DNA from: Candidatus Nanopelagicales bacterium
GTDB lineage: Bacteria; Actinomycetota; Actinomycetes; S36-B12; JBBRLC01
Direction: 5' to 3'
DNA length: 64,000 nucleotides
Assembly (NCBI GenBank): GCA_038244765.1
Contig: JBBRTC010000004.1
Span: 6,760-70,759 of the forward strand
Notes under the pieces: model-generated
Seen by the model: only the letters and a program-made list of their open reading frames with translations
What the model was told of the DNA's origin: nothing
Database searches by the model: none
In this document: positions 23,559 through 34,815 of the stretch, in pieces
Layout of the letters: each line of letters begins with the position of its first letter
How positions within the stretch are numbered: the first letter of the stretch is position 1
Position numbers and translations under genes: made by a program

Positions 23559-23584
23559 TTCGGCCGAAGTCGCTGCTACTTGAG
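23559..23584 (-). promoter_or_regulatory. Putative sigma-28 (FliA/WhiG-type) promoter
   Basis: Minus strand CTCA-N16-GCCGAA, ~112 nt upstream of the ATG at 23446. Confidence 0.6.
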
Positions 23585-23605
23585 CGTTCGTCGCACCCCA
23601 AACGA

Positions 23606-23669
23606 CGCCGAGTCTGGACTTATGGCCCCAAATTCGTACCTCTTGGGGGTGATAAGTCCAGACTCGGCG
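23606..23669. repeat. Perfect 18-bp inverted repeat downstream of rho (terminator or REP-like hairpin)
   Basis: CGCCGAGTCTGGACTTAT ... ATAAGTCCAGACTCGGCG, with inner CCCCAA/TTGGGG. Confidence 0.8.
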
Positions 23670-23691
23670 GGGTGTTTCAGGGTGGTGAGGA

Positions 23692-25593
23692 TCAGTAGTC
23701 GGGGTCGCCCGGCGCCGACGGCGTGTTCTTCTGAACCTGCAGGAGGAACTCAAAGTTGCTCTTGGTCTCACGCAACTTGTTGAGCAACAACTCGATTGCT
23801 TGCTGCTGATCCAAGGCGTGGAGCACGCGTCGGAGCTTCCACACCGTCTTGAGTTCGTCGGGGTTGAGCAGGATCTCTTCTTTACGGGTACCCGATGCAT
23901 CGACGTCGACCGCCGGGAATATCCGCTTGTCCGCGAGTCGGCGGTCGAGCTTGAGCTCCATGTTTCCGGTGCCCTTGAACTCCTCGAAAATGACCTCGTC
24001 CATTCGCGAGCCAGTTTCGACAAGTGCCGTCGCGATGACAGTCAACGAGCCGCCGTCCTCGATGTTGCGCGCCGCTCCAAAGAATCGCTTCGGTGGGTAG
24101 AGCGCCGTCGAGTCGACACCACCGGACAGGATTCGTCCGCTGGCCGGGGCCGCCAAGTTGTACGCACGTCCCAGTCGCGTCATCGAGTCGAGCAGCACAA
24201 CCACGTCGTGGCCGAGCTCGACAAGACGCTTCGCCCGTTCGATCGCCAGCTCGGCGATCGTGGTGTGATCATCGGCGGGACGGTCGAAGGTGGAGGCAAT
24301 GACCTCGCCCTTGACCGAGCGCTGCATATCGGTGACTTCTTCAGGTCGCTCATCAACCAACACAACCATCAGGTGAACCTCAGGGTTGTTCTGGCTGATC
24401 GCGTTGGCGATCGCCTGTAAGACCATGGTCTTACCGGCCTTGGGGGGCGAGACGATAAGTCCGCGCTGCCCCTTACCGATAGGTGAGACCAGGTCGATGA
24501 CACGTGTCACCAGATTCGACGGCTCGGTTTCGAGCCGCAACCGGTCTTGCGGGTACAGCGGCGTCAGTTTGCTGAAGTCGACACGCGTACGAGCCGTGTC
24601 CGCTGCATCGCCGTTGACCGTGTCGATCCGGACCAACGGGTTGAACTTCTGGCGGTCGTTGCCTTCGGCCACGGCGCGAACGGTGCCAGTGATGGCATCG
24701 CCCTTGCGGAGACCAAACTTCTTGACCATCGACAGGGATACGTAGACGTCGTTGGGTCCTGGCAGATATCCGGTCGTACGGACGAATCCGTAGTTGTCCA
24801 GGATGTCGAGAATCCCGGCGACGGGGAGCAGTACGTCGTCCTCGGTGATCTCGGGCTCGTTGTCGTAGCGATCCCGACCCATCGGGCGATTCACGGGACG
24901 GTCGCGGTCACGACCCCGGCGGCGGCGGCGATTGTTGTTGCGGCCACCGTCTTCGTCGTATCGATTGCCTTGGTTGTTGCCCTCGGGCCGGTCACCTCGG
25001 TCGTTACGGTCATTGCGATTGCGATCGTTTCGCTGGCCTTGGCCCTGACCTTGACCTTGGCCTTGGCCCTGACCTTGGCCCTGGCCTTGGCCTTGGCCTT
25101 GACCGCCATCGCCTCGGTCATTGCGATTGCGATCATTTCGCTGGCCTTGACCTTGACCCTGGCCGCCATCGGCCCTATCGGTGCGATTGCGGTCCCTGTC
25201 GTTGCGCTCGTACCGGTCTCGGTTGCGGGGACGATCCGTGCGGGCTTCGCCGTTATCGACCGGGGCACGATCGGTGGTATCCGGACTGGAGGCCGTGTCG
25301 ATTGCAGGCGAACTGGCGTCACGATCAGCACGAGGTGCGCGCGACGCCTTGCTCTCCGCGGACGAGCTCGCGCCCGACCTTGGCCCGGCCGAACTCGACC
25401 GATTTGAGCCATTTGATGATTGCTGAGCGGAGATCGCCGCCGCGAGGTCTGCCTTACGCATCCCGGATGCACCGGCGATACCCAGCTGCCCAGCGAGAGT
25501 CTTCAACTCGGGCAGCAGCATGCCGGACAGACCACCGGCAGGCTTCTTTCCACCAGACTTAGAGGTTGAGGTGGTTGTTGTTGTGTCAGTCAC
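23692..25593 (-). CDS. rho: Transcription termination factor Rho with a long low-complexity N-terminal insertion
   Basis: [38 protein letters not shown]. Confidence 0.98.
   Translation of the reverse strand: MTDTTTTTSTSKSGGKKPAGGLSGMLLPELKTLAGQLGIAGASGMRKADLAAAISAQQSSNGSNRSSSAGPRSGASSSAESKASRAPRADRDASSPAIDTASSPDTTDRAPVDNGEARTDRPRNRDRYERNDRDRNRTDRADGGQGQGQGQRNDRNRNDRGDGGQGQGQGQGQGQGQGQGQGQGQGQRNDRNRNDRNDRGDRPEGNNQGNRYDEDGGRNNNRRRRRGRDRDRPVNRPMGRDRYDNEPEITEDDVLLPVAGILDILDNYGFVRTTGYLPGPNDVYVSLSMVKKFGLRKGDAITGTVRAVAEGNDRQKFNPLVRIDTVNGDAADTARTRVDFSKLTPLYPQDRLRLETEPSNLVTRVIDLVSPIGKGQRGLIVSPPKAGKTMVLQAIANAISQNNPEVHLMVVLVDERPEEVTDMQRSVKGEVIASTFDRPADDHTTIAELAIERAKRLVELGHDVVVLLDSMTRLGRAYNLAAPASGRILSGGVDSTALYPPKRFFGAARNIEDGGSLTVIATALVETGSRMDEVIFEEFKGTGNMELKLDRRLADKRIFPAVDVDASGTRKEEILLNPDELKTVWKLRRVLHALDQQQAIELLLNKLRETKSNFEFLLQVQKNTPSAPGDPDY
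25033..25104 (-). repeat. (Gly-Gln)12 hexanucleotide tandem repeat inside rho
   Basis: GGYCAR units; protein GQGQGQ... Confidence 0.9.
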
Positions 25594-25971
25594 TCGGTTT
25601 CCTTCCGAGTCCGGGAGGTCGGCTTGACTAGCGCGACTCCGGAGTTGAACTCCTCCCCAACGGGGAGGGGTGCCACATCGCGTCGTACGGATTAAGTCAT
25701 TCGCAATGTGATTTTCGAGTGCGTCCAGGATTGGGATGTCTCCGGCGCCTTGTCGGGCAAATACCGACGCGGCGGGGGTGACACAGACCTCGGCTCGAAC
25801 TTACGACCACGCACGTTTTGCGGATCAATCAGTGGGTGGTGTGGGCTTTCCCCCATCGAACGTGAGGAACCTGTGGCCCTGGAGCACTGAGAGACTAACA
25901 CCACCCAGCGGCTTTATCTTCCCTCGGGGGGATTCTGCCGCTGGGCGTGTCCCCATTGAGACCTCGTTCAA

Positions 25972-28329
25972 CTAGTCCACCACCAATCGAGCGTGTCCGC
26001 TCACCCCGCTGGCATTGGTGCGCGACGACGGCACGACCACTCGGAAGGACAGGTTGATCCGGTTGTCACTTCGCCAGCGGAAGGAATAAGACCCATCGCG
26101 TCGAACCCTGACAACGTGCCACACGCTCCAAAACCCCTGGTAGCGGAATTCGAGGTACGCCGTGCCACCGACGTGGGGGGCGACCCGACCCCAGAACAAG
26201 ACACGTTGACCGAGGCGCAAGTGCGAGCGGGTGAGATTGAAACTCACGATCGACCTGACCAGGACGCGACTGGTTGCCGACGTGCTCGCCAGCATCATGG
26301 ACGAACCGGCGAAGACCGCGCGGTAGTCAGAGTTGGTGATCGGCCTGATGCGAGTGGCGTAGATCCCCGCCGTACTCGTGGTTGTCGTCGTCAGTGAATG
26401 CCACGACGCATTGCCCAGCCTGCGCGACTGAATCGCCACCCGTGCCCGACCGAGCGCCGCACCCTTCGCCGTGCGAAGTCGACCGCTGAGTTGTGCCAAT
26501 GCACCGACCGAAATCACCGAGGCGCTGCGTTTGATCGTCAGAGATGTCGCCACATGGTCATCGATGCCGATGTTCGGAGGCGATCGAAATACTGCGACTG
26601 CGTACACCTCGCTGGCGGGGTCCGCAGTGGCAAAGGCACCGATGCCCGTAGCCATGGTGGGCGCGGTGAACGAGGTGGTGAATGTGCCCGTGGCGCTTGT
26701 ACTGACTACGACGCTGGCACCGGATGGAGCACCTGCGGCGGGCCATTGGTGGTAGGCGCTGAGATTGACGGACGTATTCGCGGCGAATGCTGAGCCGGTG
26801 ACCGTGATGATGTCACCGGGGTTCGCTTTGTCCTGCGACAGAAGCAGTTTGGGGCAGCCCGGGTATGCCGGATCCAATGGGGGTTGAGTCGTACCGCCAG
26901 TGAATGTGATCGGCGCGGCATTGGTTTCGCATGCGCGACCAATGTTGACGGCAATGATGACGCACGGGTCGAGCGGGCCGCAGGCATCGCCGGCCCCATT
27001 GATCGTGCCCACCGCGAGTTTCAAGGTGGCGGTGGCCTTTCCATCCGTACCCGGGTAGACGATCACCCCGTTGACACCGAGAGCACACGACCCCGGCCCC
27101 GTGACCTGCTTACCGCGTTTACACTCCGCGACTGCGACAGATGAGGACGGACTGAAACCCGTCAAGTCCACTTTCACTGTGTCGCCATCGGAGAATGGGC
27201 CGACAGGCGTCAGCGTTAACCCCGGAGGGTCGCTCGGTAGTGGCGTCGGGAAGTTGATTGCGGGCGGGGCAGGTGGCTTGTACGCGGGACCGTCGATCCG
27301 GTCGTGCGCGTCGAAGAAGTCCAGTGACCCCGCGACGGAGTCCACCGGATCGGTGGGCGCCTGGAAGACGATGTGTTGGCCACCGGTGACTTTGTCGAGC
27401 ACGACATCGGCGACGCAACCGGTGTAGGTGCGTTTTATCACAGTCTCGGTCGCAGCAGCGTTCGGAATGGGTGCGGCGTCGGTCGACGCGGTACATCCAT
27501 TTGTGGTCTTGGCCCAGTAGTCCACGTCGGTGTCGACGGACCCTGTGTAAGAGGCCTTTTCTGGAAGTTTCGGGTCAGGGAGATAGCCGGCCCCGTCGTA
27601 CGGAACGGCAGTGTCTGCCGTTCCGTGAGTGATCAGCATCGGCACGCGTCGTGTTGAACAGCGTGCGGGGTTGATGAGGTTTACGCCTGAGAACGACGCG
27701 ACCGCTGCAACCGTGTGCCAGCGGCAGGCAGCGAAGGCCGACATCGCACCGCCCGAGGAATGTCCTTCGGCGTAGATCCGGTCGGTGTTCGTACACACAA
27801 TGTCGGAAATGTTGGCGATGATCTCATCGAAGAACTTAAAGTCATCGGGCGTCGCACCTTGCGATGGCACTGTCCAGGCGGTCGTCGAACTGGATTGAGC
27901 GACAGCGTCGGGTTCAACCACGGCGTACCCCCGGGCCACCGCGGTTTGCGCTGTGTGGGTGTAGGTCTCGTAGCCGGGACCATCGCCACCTGTGCCGTGC
28001 AGAGCGAAGATCACTGGGACTGCCGCACCGATCGCGGGCGCTGGATTCGGAGTCGACACGGTGAAGTGCCGCGTCAAGCCGTCGACCATGACGGTTCGCG
28101 GTGCCGTGAAGACGGGCGAGGAAGGTCCGGTGGTTCCCGGGCACGAGGTTGACGCGAGGTTCGCGCTCTGAGCTGCGTCCCGAACTGTCGCTGCCGCCGC
28201 GCCTGACACGTTGATCCCCGCGAACGAGATCGCCAGGGCGCTGCCGATGACTAGTGCTCGGGGACCAAAAGCGCGCCGTCGCTCGGTCCCATGCGGTCGA
28301 AGCGGTCGACCGCTCGTGCTAACCGTCAT
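25972..28329 (-). CDS. Secreted multidomain esterase (LpqC/PHB depolymerase-like alpha/beta hydrolase + neocarzinostatin-like + Ig-like domains)
   Basis: Signal peptide; LHGTGG, GHSSGG, HGTAD, GGQH; DGDTVKVDLTGF..AEC..C; ATG after GGGGGAG. Confidence 0.7.
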   Translation of the reverse strand: MTVSTSGRPLRPHGTERRRAFGPRALVIGSALAISFAGINVSGAAAATVRDAAQSANLASTSCPGTTGPSSPVFTAPRTVMVDGLTRHFTVSTPNPAPAIGAAVPVIFALHGTGGDGPGYETYTHTAQTAVARGYAVVEPDAVAQSSSTTAWTVPSQGATPDDFKFFDEIIANISDIVCTNTDRIYAEGHSSGGAMSAFAACRWHTVAAVASFSGVNLINPARCSTRRVPMLITHGTADTAVPYDGAGYLPDPKLPEKASYTGSVDTDVDYWAKTTNGCTASTDAAPIPNAAATETVIKRTYTGCVADVVLDKVTGGQHIVFQAPTDPVDSVAGSLDFFDAHDRIDGPAYKPPAPPAINFPTPLPSDPPGLTLTPVGPFSDGDTVKVDLTGFSPSSSVAVAECKRGKQVTGPGSCALGVNGVIVYPGTDGKATATLKLAVGTINGAGDACGPLDPCVIIAVNIGRACETNAAPITFTGGTTQPPLDPAYPGCPKLLLSQDKANPGDIITVTGSAFAANTSVNLSAYHQWPAAGAPSGASVVVSTSATGTFTTSFTAPTMATGIGAFATADPASEVYAVAVFRSPPNIGIDDHVATSLTIKRSASVISVGALAQLSGRLRTAKGAALGRARVAIQSRRLGNASWHSLTTTTTSTAGIYATRIRPITNSDYRAVFAGSSMMLASTSATSRVLVRSIVSFNLTRSHLRLGQRVLFWGRVAPHVGGTAYLEFRYQGFWSVWHVVRVRRDGSYSFRWRSDNRINLSFRVVVPSSRTNASGVSGHARLVVD

Positions 28330-28469
28330 TGCTCCCCCTGCAGGTACGCCCGTGGTTCGGGCGCTCAGAGTATTCGGACAAAGCCGACACGTCAGCCCCC
28401 GGTCGATTTTCGACGTCAAGCCGTCACCCCACAGTGCAGCGGCGTGCGGGCGCGGCGGGGAGCGCGCGG

Positions 28470-29387
28470 CTAGAGGAGGGTGGCGCCGACCACGTCGATG
28501 GGGAGAACCTCACCGGTCGCGTGGTTTCCGGCTAACCCAGCAACTTCTTCGGCGCGATCAACGTGGGTGAGAGCGATCACCGTCGGGCCGGCACCTGAAA
28601 TCATCGCGGCTACCCGATACCGATCGCGCAGGTCGCGTACGAGTGCCATGGATTCCGGGTACGCCGGTTCGCGATAGTTCTGATGCAGTCGATCGTCGGT
28701 AGCGTCGAAGAGCAAGTCCGGATGAGTGGTGATCGCAGCCACAAGGAGGGCTGCACGTGACACGTTGAAGGTTGCATCTGCGTGCGGAAGGGAATCGGGC
28801 ATCATGCCGCGCGCCTTCTTCGTCGAGAGCGACGACGATGGGACGAAGACCACCGCGGCGAGTTCGGCGTGCGGATCCAGACGGATCGCGCGGGCATCGT
28901 GCGCTGAACCAGACGGTGACCAAGCGATGGTGAATCCGCCGTAGAAGCAGGGCGCCACGTTGTCGGGGTGACCCTCTAGTTCGGAGGCGAGCGCAAGCAG
29001 CGCTTCATCGGGCATGAGCTCGTCACCCTCGAGTGCCAATGCACGAGCGAGGACGAGGCCGCTCACGATTGCCGCCGAGGACGACCCCAATCCACGTCCG
29101 TGCGGAATCCGGTTGGTGCAGGACAAATCGAAACTCGGTACTGGCAATTCCATGCGAGCCAGTCCCGTAGCAATCGTTCGCGCCACGAGATGTTGGCTAT
29201 CTCGGCGTACGCGTTGCGCGCCCTCCCCCGTCACCTGGACACGTACCGCACCCGATGACGTGACTTGCGCGTCCACGTTGTCATAGAGGCCCAGGGCCAA
29301 ACCAAACGAGTCGTAGCCCGGGCCAAGATTCGCGCTCGTCGCCGGTACGCGCACCCGCGCAATTCCGTCGATGAACGCCGAGGTCAT
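28470..29387 (-). CDS. thrB: Homoserine kinase
   Basis: [33 protein letters not shown]. Confidence 0.96.
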   Translation of the reverse strand: MTSAFIDGIARVRVPATSANLGPGYDSFGLALGLYDNVDAQVTSSGAVRVQVTGEGAQRVRRDSQHLVARTIATGLARMELPVPSFDLSCTNRIPHGRGLGSSSAAIVSGLVLARALALEGDELMPDEALLALASELEGHPDNVAPCFYGGFTIAWSPSGSAHDARAIRLDPHAELAAVVFVPSSSLSTKKARGMMPDSLPHADATFNVSRAALLVAAITTHPDLLFDATDDRLHQNYREPAYPESMALVRDLRDRYRVAAMISGAGPTVIALTHVDRAEEVAGLAGNHATGEVLPIDVVGATLL

Positions 29388-30442
29388 GCCAACCCGAGGG
29401 CTGCGGCCGCGGCGTGCGCATCGACAGCGACCGGAGTTGGGTCAGGAGCGTCTTGCAACGCGACTGCGGTGTCCTTCAATCCGTTGCCCGTGACAGTCAC
29501 CACGATCTGTTGGCCTCGATCGACGCGACCTTGCGACGCCGCCTGCAACAGTCCAGCCACGCCAGCTGCCGACGCGGGTTCGACGAACGTCGCTTCTTCC
29601 GTGGCCAAGAAGTGGTACGCCTCAAGAATCTGCGCGTCGCTCACCATCTCGATGACTCCGTGTGATTCGTCGCGCGCGGACGTCGCACCTGACCACGAAG
29701 CTGGGTTCCCGATACGGATCGCGGTCGCAATCGTCTCGGGCTCCGGGACGATCTTGTTGCGGACAATGGGCGCCGCACCTTCGGCCTGGAATCCCCACAT
29801 CCGTGGGCGTTTCGAGGCGACGCCATCGTCGGCGTACTCCGAATAGCCCTTCCAGTACGCCGTGATGTTTCCCGCGTTACCGACGGGCAGGACGTGGAGA
29901 TCGGGGGCATCTCCGAGGACGTCGACAATCTCGAAACTCGCCGTCTTTTGACCCTCGATACGAGCCGGATTCACCGAGTTGACCAAGGCAACGGGGTAGT
30001 TGGCGGACAAGTCACGCGCAAGCGTCAAGCAGTCATCGAAGTTGCCGTCGACCTGGAGCAACGTCGCGCCATGCACAATTGCCTGTGCCAGTTTGCCCAT
30101 GGCGATCTTGCCGCTGGGAAGTACGACCAGGCACTTCATGCCAGCCTTCGCGGCGTACGCCGCGGCCGACGCGCTCGTGTTTCCCGTCGACGCGCAGATG
30201 ACGGCCTTCGCCCCTTTGCTCGCGGCATCCGAGATCGCCATCGTCATGCCGCGATCCTTGAATGAGCCGGTCGGATTCGCACCCTCGACCTTGAGGTACA
30301 CCTCGCACCCCAACCGATCGGATAATCGGTGAGCCGCAATCAGCGGAGTACCGCCTTCGCCTAACGTCACGACCGGGGTCGCAGCCGTCACCGGCAATCG
30401 ATCGCGATACTCCTCAATTACGCCTCGCCACAGTTTCGCCAT
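29384..30442 (-). CDS. thrC: Threonine synthase
   Basis: [24 protein letters not shown]. Confidence 0.96.
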   Translation of the reverse strand: MAKLWRGVIEEYRDRLPVTAATPVVTLGEGGTPLIAAHRLSDRLGCEVYLKVEGANPTGSFKDRGMTMAISDAASKGAKAVICASTGNTSASAAAYAAKAGMKCLVVLPSGKIAMGKLAQAIVHGATLLQVDGNFDDCLTLARDLSANYPVALVNSVNPARIEGQKTASFEIVDVLGDAPDLHVLPVGNAGNITAYWKGYSEYADDGVASKRPRMWGFQAEGAAPIVRNKIVPEPETIATAIRIGNPASWSGATSARDESHGVIEMVSDAQILEAYHFLATEEATFVEPASAAGVAGLLQAASQGRVDRGQQIVVTVTGNGLKDTAVALQDAPDPTPVAVDAHAAAAALGLA

Positions 30443-31740
30443 CAGGCGCCGGCCTCCCCTTCGACTCGCATGACGCCGACGACGGCGCGCACGGCGTCGA
30501 GCCCGCGCAGAGTGTCGATCGTCTTGGACAACGCAGCGTCGGTGGCCGTGTGAGTACGCAACACCAAACCCGCATCGTCGCCATGTCCGTCTTGCCGCAC
30601 GTTCTGGATGGAAACGCCGTTGTCGGCGAACGCCGAGGCAATCGTGGCAAGTACGCCCGGCTTGTCTGCCACATCAAGATTGACGTAGTAGCGCGTGATC
30701 GCGTCGCCGATTCCCCGCACTTCGAGATCGGCGTAGGTCGACTCGCCCGGTCCGCGCGATCCCGCCAACTTGTTGCGTGCGACCGCGACCAGATCACCCA
30801 CGACCGCCGACGCCGTCGGGGCGCCCCCGGCACCGCGTCCGTAGAACATGACTTGGCCTGCGGCATCGGCTTCAACGAAGACGGCGTTGAAAGCGTCGCG
30901 AACACTCGCGAGCGGGTGCGTGCGCGGAACCATCGTGGGGTGCACACGAACCGTGACACCGCGTTCGTCCGGACTCAGTTCCGCGACCGCAAGCAGTTTG
31001 ATGACGAAGCCCATGTCACGGGCGGCCTCGACATCGCTGAGGGTCACCGATGAAATGCCCTCGCAGTGCACATCATCGATCGTGACTCGGGTATGGAACG
31101 CGAGCCCCGCGAGGATCGCGGCTTTCGCGGCTGCATCGTGGCCCTCCACATCTGCGGTGGGATCGGCTTCGGCGTACCCCAACTCTTGGGCTTCGCGAAG
31201 TACGTCGGCGTAGTCAGCTCCTTGCTCATCCATCTTGGTCAAGATGAAGTTGGTGGTGCCGTTCACGATCCCCAAGACGCGGCGCACGCGATCACCGGCG
31301 AGCGACTCACGAAGTGGTCGCAGCAACGGGATGGCGCCGGCGACGGACGCTTCGTAGTAGAGGTCAACGCCATGCTTTTCGGAGGCGGCGTGCAGGGTCG
31401 CACCGTCCGCGGCAAGTAGCGCCTTGTTGGCGGTGATCACCGACGCGCCGTGCTCCATTGCGGTCAAGATCAGACTGCGCGCGGGTTCGATCCCACCCAT
31501 CACTTCGACAACGACGTCAAGATCGCCGCGCGACACCATCTCCTCGGCGTCGGTGGTGACGATCGTCGGATCGATTCCGTCACGCAGCTTGGTGGCATCA
31601 CGAACCGCGACGCCCACGAGTTCGATCCGAGTCCCCACCCTGGCCGCGAGGTCATCGGATTGCTCACGGATGAGCCGGGCGACCTGAGTGCCCACGACTC
31701 CGCTGCCGAGCAACGCAACTCGAATGACGTCCCGCTCCAC
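30442..31740 (-). CDS. hom: Homoserine dehydrogenase with ACT domain
   Basis: [28 protein letters not shown]; GTG start after GGAGAGG. Confidence 0.95.
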   Translation of the reverse strand: MERDVIRVALLGSGVVGTQVARLIREQSDDLAARVGTRIELVGVAVRDATKLRDGIDPTIVTTDAEEMVSRGDLDVVVEVMGGIEPARSLILTAMEHGASVITANKALLAADGATLHAASEKHGVDLYYEASVAGAIPLLRPLRESLAGDRVRRVLGIVNGTTNFILTKMDEQGADYADVLREAQELGYAEADPTADVEGHDAAAKAAILAGLAFHTRVTIDDVHCEGISSVTLSDVEAARDMGFVIKLLAVAELSPDERGVTVRVHPTMVPRTHPLASVRDAFNAVFVEADAAGQVMFYGRGAGGAPTASAVVGDLVAVARNKLAGSRGPGESTYADLEVRGIGDAITRYYVNLDVADKPGVLATIASAFADNGVSIQNVRQDGHGDDAGLVLRTHTATDAALSKTIDTLRGLDAVRAVVGVMRVEGEAGA

Positions 31741-31853
31741 AACGACCTCTCCCACGCGTCTCCCCAACCAGCTTTCCAACGATGAACGTGCCCCCGGATA
31801 AGTGAGAGGCAGTGCAGACGCCCCAAGCCTGTCAGACGTACCGACGTCGGCCA

Positions 31854-33308
31854 TCACACCCCGACGTCGAGGGCCAACAAATCTTCGACCGTCTCCCGCC
31901 GCAGGATCGGCGTCGCTTTGCCCTCGCGGACTGCGATCACTGGCGGACGTGGGATGTAGTTGTACGACGACGCCATCGCGCGGCAGTACGCCCCGGTCGC
32001 GGCCACCGCGATCAGATCGCCCACGGCCAAGTCGTCTGGAAGCCATGCGTCGCGAACCACCACGTCGCCGGACTCGCAATGCCGCCCAACGATTCGCGTC
32101 AACATCGGGTGCACGTCCCTCGGTCCTGCCGCGGGATCGACTCCACGTGAGGCCAATCGGGCGGTGTAGTCCGCGCCGTACAACGCAGTGCGGATGTTGT
32201 CGCTCATCCCGCCATCTACCGACACATAGGTCCGCACATGTCCGTTGCCGATCTCGATGCGTTTGATGGTGCCAACTTCGTAGATCGTGACCATCGACGG
32301 TCCGACGATGGCGCGGCCCGGTTCGACAGCCAGGCGCGGGACGGGCAATCCGTACGCCGCACACTCCCGCACCACGATCGCGCGCAGCGCAGATGCCATG
32401 TCAGCGGGATCGAGCGGGTCGTCGTCGCTGACATAAGCGATCCCCATGCCCCCACCGAGGTTGAGTTCGTCCACCACTACGTCGTGTTCGTCACGAATCG
32501 CGGCGGCAAGTTCTACCACTCGATGCGCGGCCACCTCGAAGCCAGCGGCATCAAAGATCTGCGAACCGATATGGGAGTGCAGGCCAACAAATTCGAGGCT
32601 CGGTAACTTGAGCACCCGGCGGACCGCCTCGTGAGCGTCCCCCGTCGCGAGTGAAAGACCGAACTTTTGATCCTCATGCGCGGTCGCAATGAATTCATGC
32701 GTGTGGGCTTCGACGCCAACGGTGACCCGAACCAGAACCCGCGCACGAACGTGAGCTTCGTCGGCCAGGTGGGCCAGTCGGACTATCTCCTCGAACGAGT
32801 CGACGACAAATGACCCGATCCCCGCCGCCAACGCCTCCCGCATTTCGTCGGTCAACTTGTTGTTGCCATGGAAGGCGATTCGTTCCGGTGGAAAACCGGC
32901 ACGTAGCGCGAGAGCCAACTCCCCTCCACTACAGACATCGAGGTTGAGACCTTCTTCGGCGATCCATCGCGCTGTCGCGATCGACAGGAACGACTTTCCC
33001 GCGAAATAGACGTCAGCCGGCGATGTGTCATCGCCATACGCCTCTTTGAATCCGCGCGCGCGTTGGCGAAAGTCGTCCTCATCCAACACGAAGAGCGGCG
33101 TGCCAAAGTCGCGAGCTAGATCACGTACATCCACGCCACCGATGACGATGGCCGCACCAACTCCGGCCTTGTGAGCGGCGCGATGGGCAGTAATCGGCCA
33201 AATGGCCTCATCGAGGTCGTGCAATTCGGCGGGACCCAGGGGTACCGGCGGTGCCCCCACCAACAATTGATTCTCGCCGTGACGTGGCCCAGCCGGATGC
33301 GCTCCCAT
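31854..33308 (-). CDS. lysA: Diaminopimelate decarboxylase
   Basis: HSHIGSQI, NLGGG, EPGR, HCESGD, TGAY. Confidence 0.96.
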   Translation of the reverse strand: MGAHPAGPRHGENQLLVGAPPVPLGPAELHDLDEAIWPITAHRAAHKAGVGAAIVIGGVDVRDLARDFGTPLFVLDEDDFRQRARGFKEAYGDDTSPADVYFAGKSFLSIATARWIAEEGLNLDVCSGGELALALRAGFPPERIAFHGNNKLTDEMREALAAGIGSFVVDSFEEIVRLAHLADEAHVRARVLVRVTVGVEAHTHEFIATAHEDQKFGLSLATGDAHEAVRRVLKLPSLEFVGLHSHIGSQIFDAAGFEVAAHRVVELAAAIRDEHDVVVDELNLGGGMGIAYVSDDDPLDPADMASALRAIVVRECAAYGLPVPRLAVEPGRAIVGPSMVTIYEVGTIKRIEIGNGHVRTYVSVDGGMSDNIRTALYGADYTARLASRGVDPAAGPRDVHPMLTRIVGRHCESGDVVVRDAWLPDDLAVGDLIAVAATGAYCRAMASSYNYIPRPPVIAVREGKATPILRRETVEDLLALDVGV

Positions 33309-33334
33309 ACCTGCAGGCTATCGAGCGCGCTGGA

Positions 33335-33967
33335 TCAATCGCGCGTGAGTTCTTCGCCGCGACGCAGGAACGCGACGAGAGCGTCGACGTCGGTGTCCTC
33401 ATTGACGGCGAGGACGGCACCAAAGGAGGCGTTCCAGAACTCTCCTTCGCGCTGGGTCCACGGGCCGACATAGGCGTAGGGCGTTGGGTGAAACGAGTCC
33501 CCTCCGCTGAGCCCATAGTTCACGTGTCCCCACTGAATCCCCAGATCAAAATGTTCAGGCCACAAAACTGGTGCCTCGTCGGGCTGGAACTCCTGCATCG
33601 CGTCTCGACCGAGCTCGTACGCGTCGATGAGGCGACGCGCGCACGCGGGGTCCACCACCAGTAGTTCGTCCGGCTCGACGTCGGCTGTATCGGCGTACAC
33701 ACCCTCAGGGGCGCCCGCCTGAATGCCGAATTCGCCCGCGATTGCGGCAATCGTGGCGTCGTGGAGGGTGACTGTTGCGTTGCCCTGCTGGAGAGAGTCA
33801 GGGTCGAGACGCATCGCTGGTGCTTTGACGGTTTCGACCCCCCCGTCGATGACGCCGAGCCGGATCGTGCCGCTTTGGCGATGTTGCGGACCGGCCATGA
33901 GTTGCTCGGCAACTCCATGCAGGCTGCGCCTGGTCGCGACGAAAAGGTCGTCATTTACGTCATTCAT
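33335..33967 (-). CDS. Conserved actinobacterial hypothetical protein
   Basis: TRRSLHGVAE..AGPQ and LWPEHFD..NYG.S.GD..PYAYVGPW motifs; ATG after GGAGG. Confidence 0.7.
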   Translation of the reverse strand: MNDVNDDLFVATRRSLHGVAEQLMAGPQHRQSGTIRLGVIDGGVETVKAPAMRLDPDSLQQGNATVTLHDATIAAIAGEFGIQAGAPEGVYADTADVEPDELLVVDPACARRLIDAYELGRDAMQEFQPDEAPVLWPEHFDLGIQWGHVNYGLSGGDSFHPTPYAYVGPWTQREGEFWNASFGAVLAVNEDTDVDALVAFLRRGEELTRD

Positions 33968-34011
33968 GGGATGCCTCCGAAACGGCGGACCGAGGGCTGA
34001 GAAGATCAGCC

Positions 34012-34800
34012 GTGGATGTCTCCAACGATCGCACCAAGGGTGCCACAGCTCCGCGGAATCAACCGATTCGCAGTTTTCACGCCCGCCACGGTCGAGCGCG
34101 GCCGCTCCAACTTCGTACTCTCGAATCACTGTGGCCCCAGTTCGGCGTCAACTTCCCCGATGACCATCAAGAACCCGGGCTTGCGCGCGGTCTTGAACTG
34201 GACGGCTCGACCGATCGCTTTGAACTGCTACGCGTGCCTCAGGGGATTGCTGCGTCAGCACCACCGAACAGGTTGTGTACGCCGATCATTCTCGATGTCG
34301 GCTTCGGGATGGGCGACGCCACCGTCACCATGGCGTTGGCCGAACCGGAGTCAATGGTTCTGGCTATCGACGTACATCGCCCCGGCGTCGTACGGCTACT
34401 CACCCTGATTGAAGAGTCGGCGCTGACGAATGTCCGCATTGCTCGTGGCGACGTTCATGCGCTACTTACGTTCGGCGTACCCGAGATAAGTCTCGCTGGC
34501 GTGCGTGTCTACTTTCCCGATCCCTGGCCGAAAGCACGGCATCAGAAACGGCGATTGATCCAGCCACTCTTCGCGGCGCAGCTCGCTCGTCGACTTGTGG
34601 CCGGCGGGTTCGTACATCTGGCCACCGATTGGACCGACTACGCCGAGCACATGCGCGAGGTGTTCGGCGCCGATGACCGATTCGAAGAAGCGCTAATCAC
34701 CCAATCCAACTTCAACGCGCCCCGGCCCGAAACGCCGTACGAACGCGCCGGGATCGACAACGGCCATCCCGTCACCGACCTGCTCTATCGACGCCTCTAG
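34012..34800 (+). CDS. trmB: tRNA (guanine-N7)-methyltransferase
   Basis: IRSF, GFGMG, FPDPWPKARHQKRRL, LATDW, RPET. Confidence 0.92.
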   Translation: MDVSNDRTKGATAPRNQPIRSFHARHGRARPLQLRTLESLWPQFGVNFPDDHQEPGLARGLELDGSTDRFELLRVPQGIAASAPPNRLCTPIILDVGFGMGDATVTMALAEPESMVLAIDVHRPGVVRLLTLIEESALTNVRIARGDVHALLTFGVPEISLAGVRVYFPDPWPKARHQKRRLIQPLFAAQLARRLVAGGFVHLATDWTDYAEHMREVFGADDRFEEALITQSNFNAPRPETPYERAGIDNGHPVTDLLYRRL

Positions 34801-34815
34801 CAACTCGGCTCGCGT

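Noticed and set aside
25594-25971. Riboswitch or small gene in the long rho leader
   Set aside because: Only short hairpins; long rho leaders are usual; no recognisable consensus or convincing ORF
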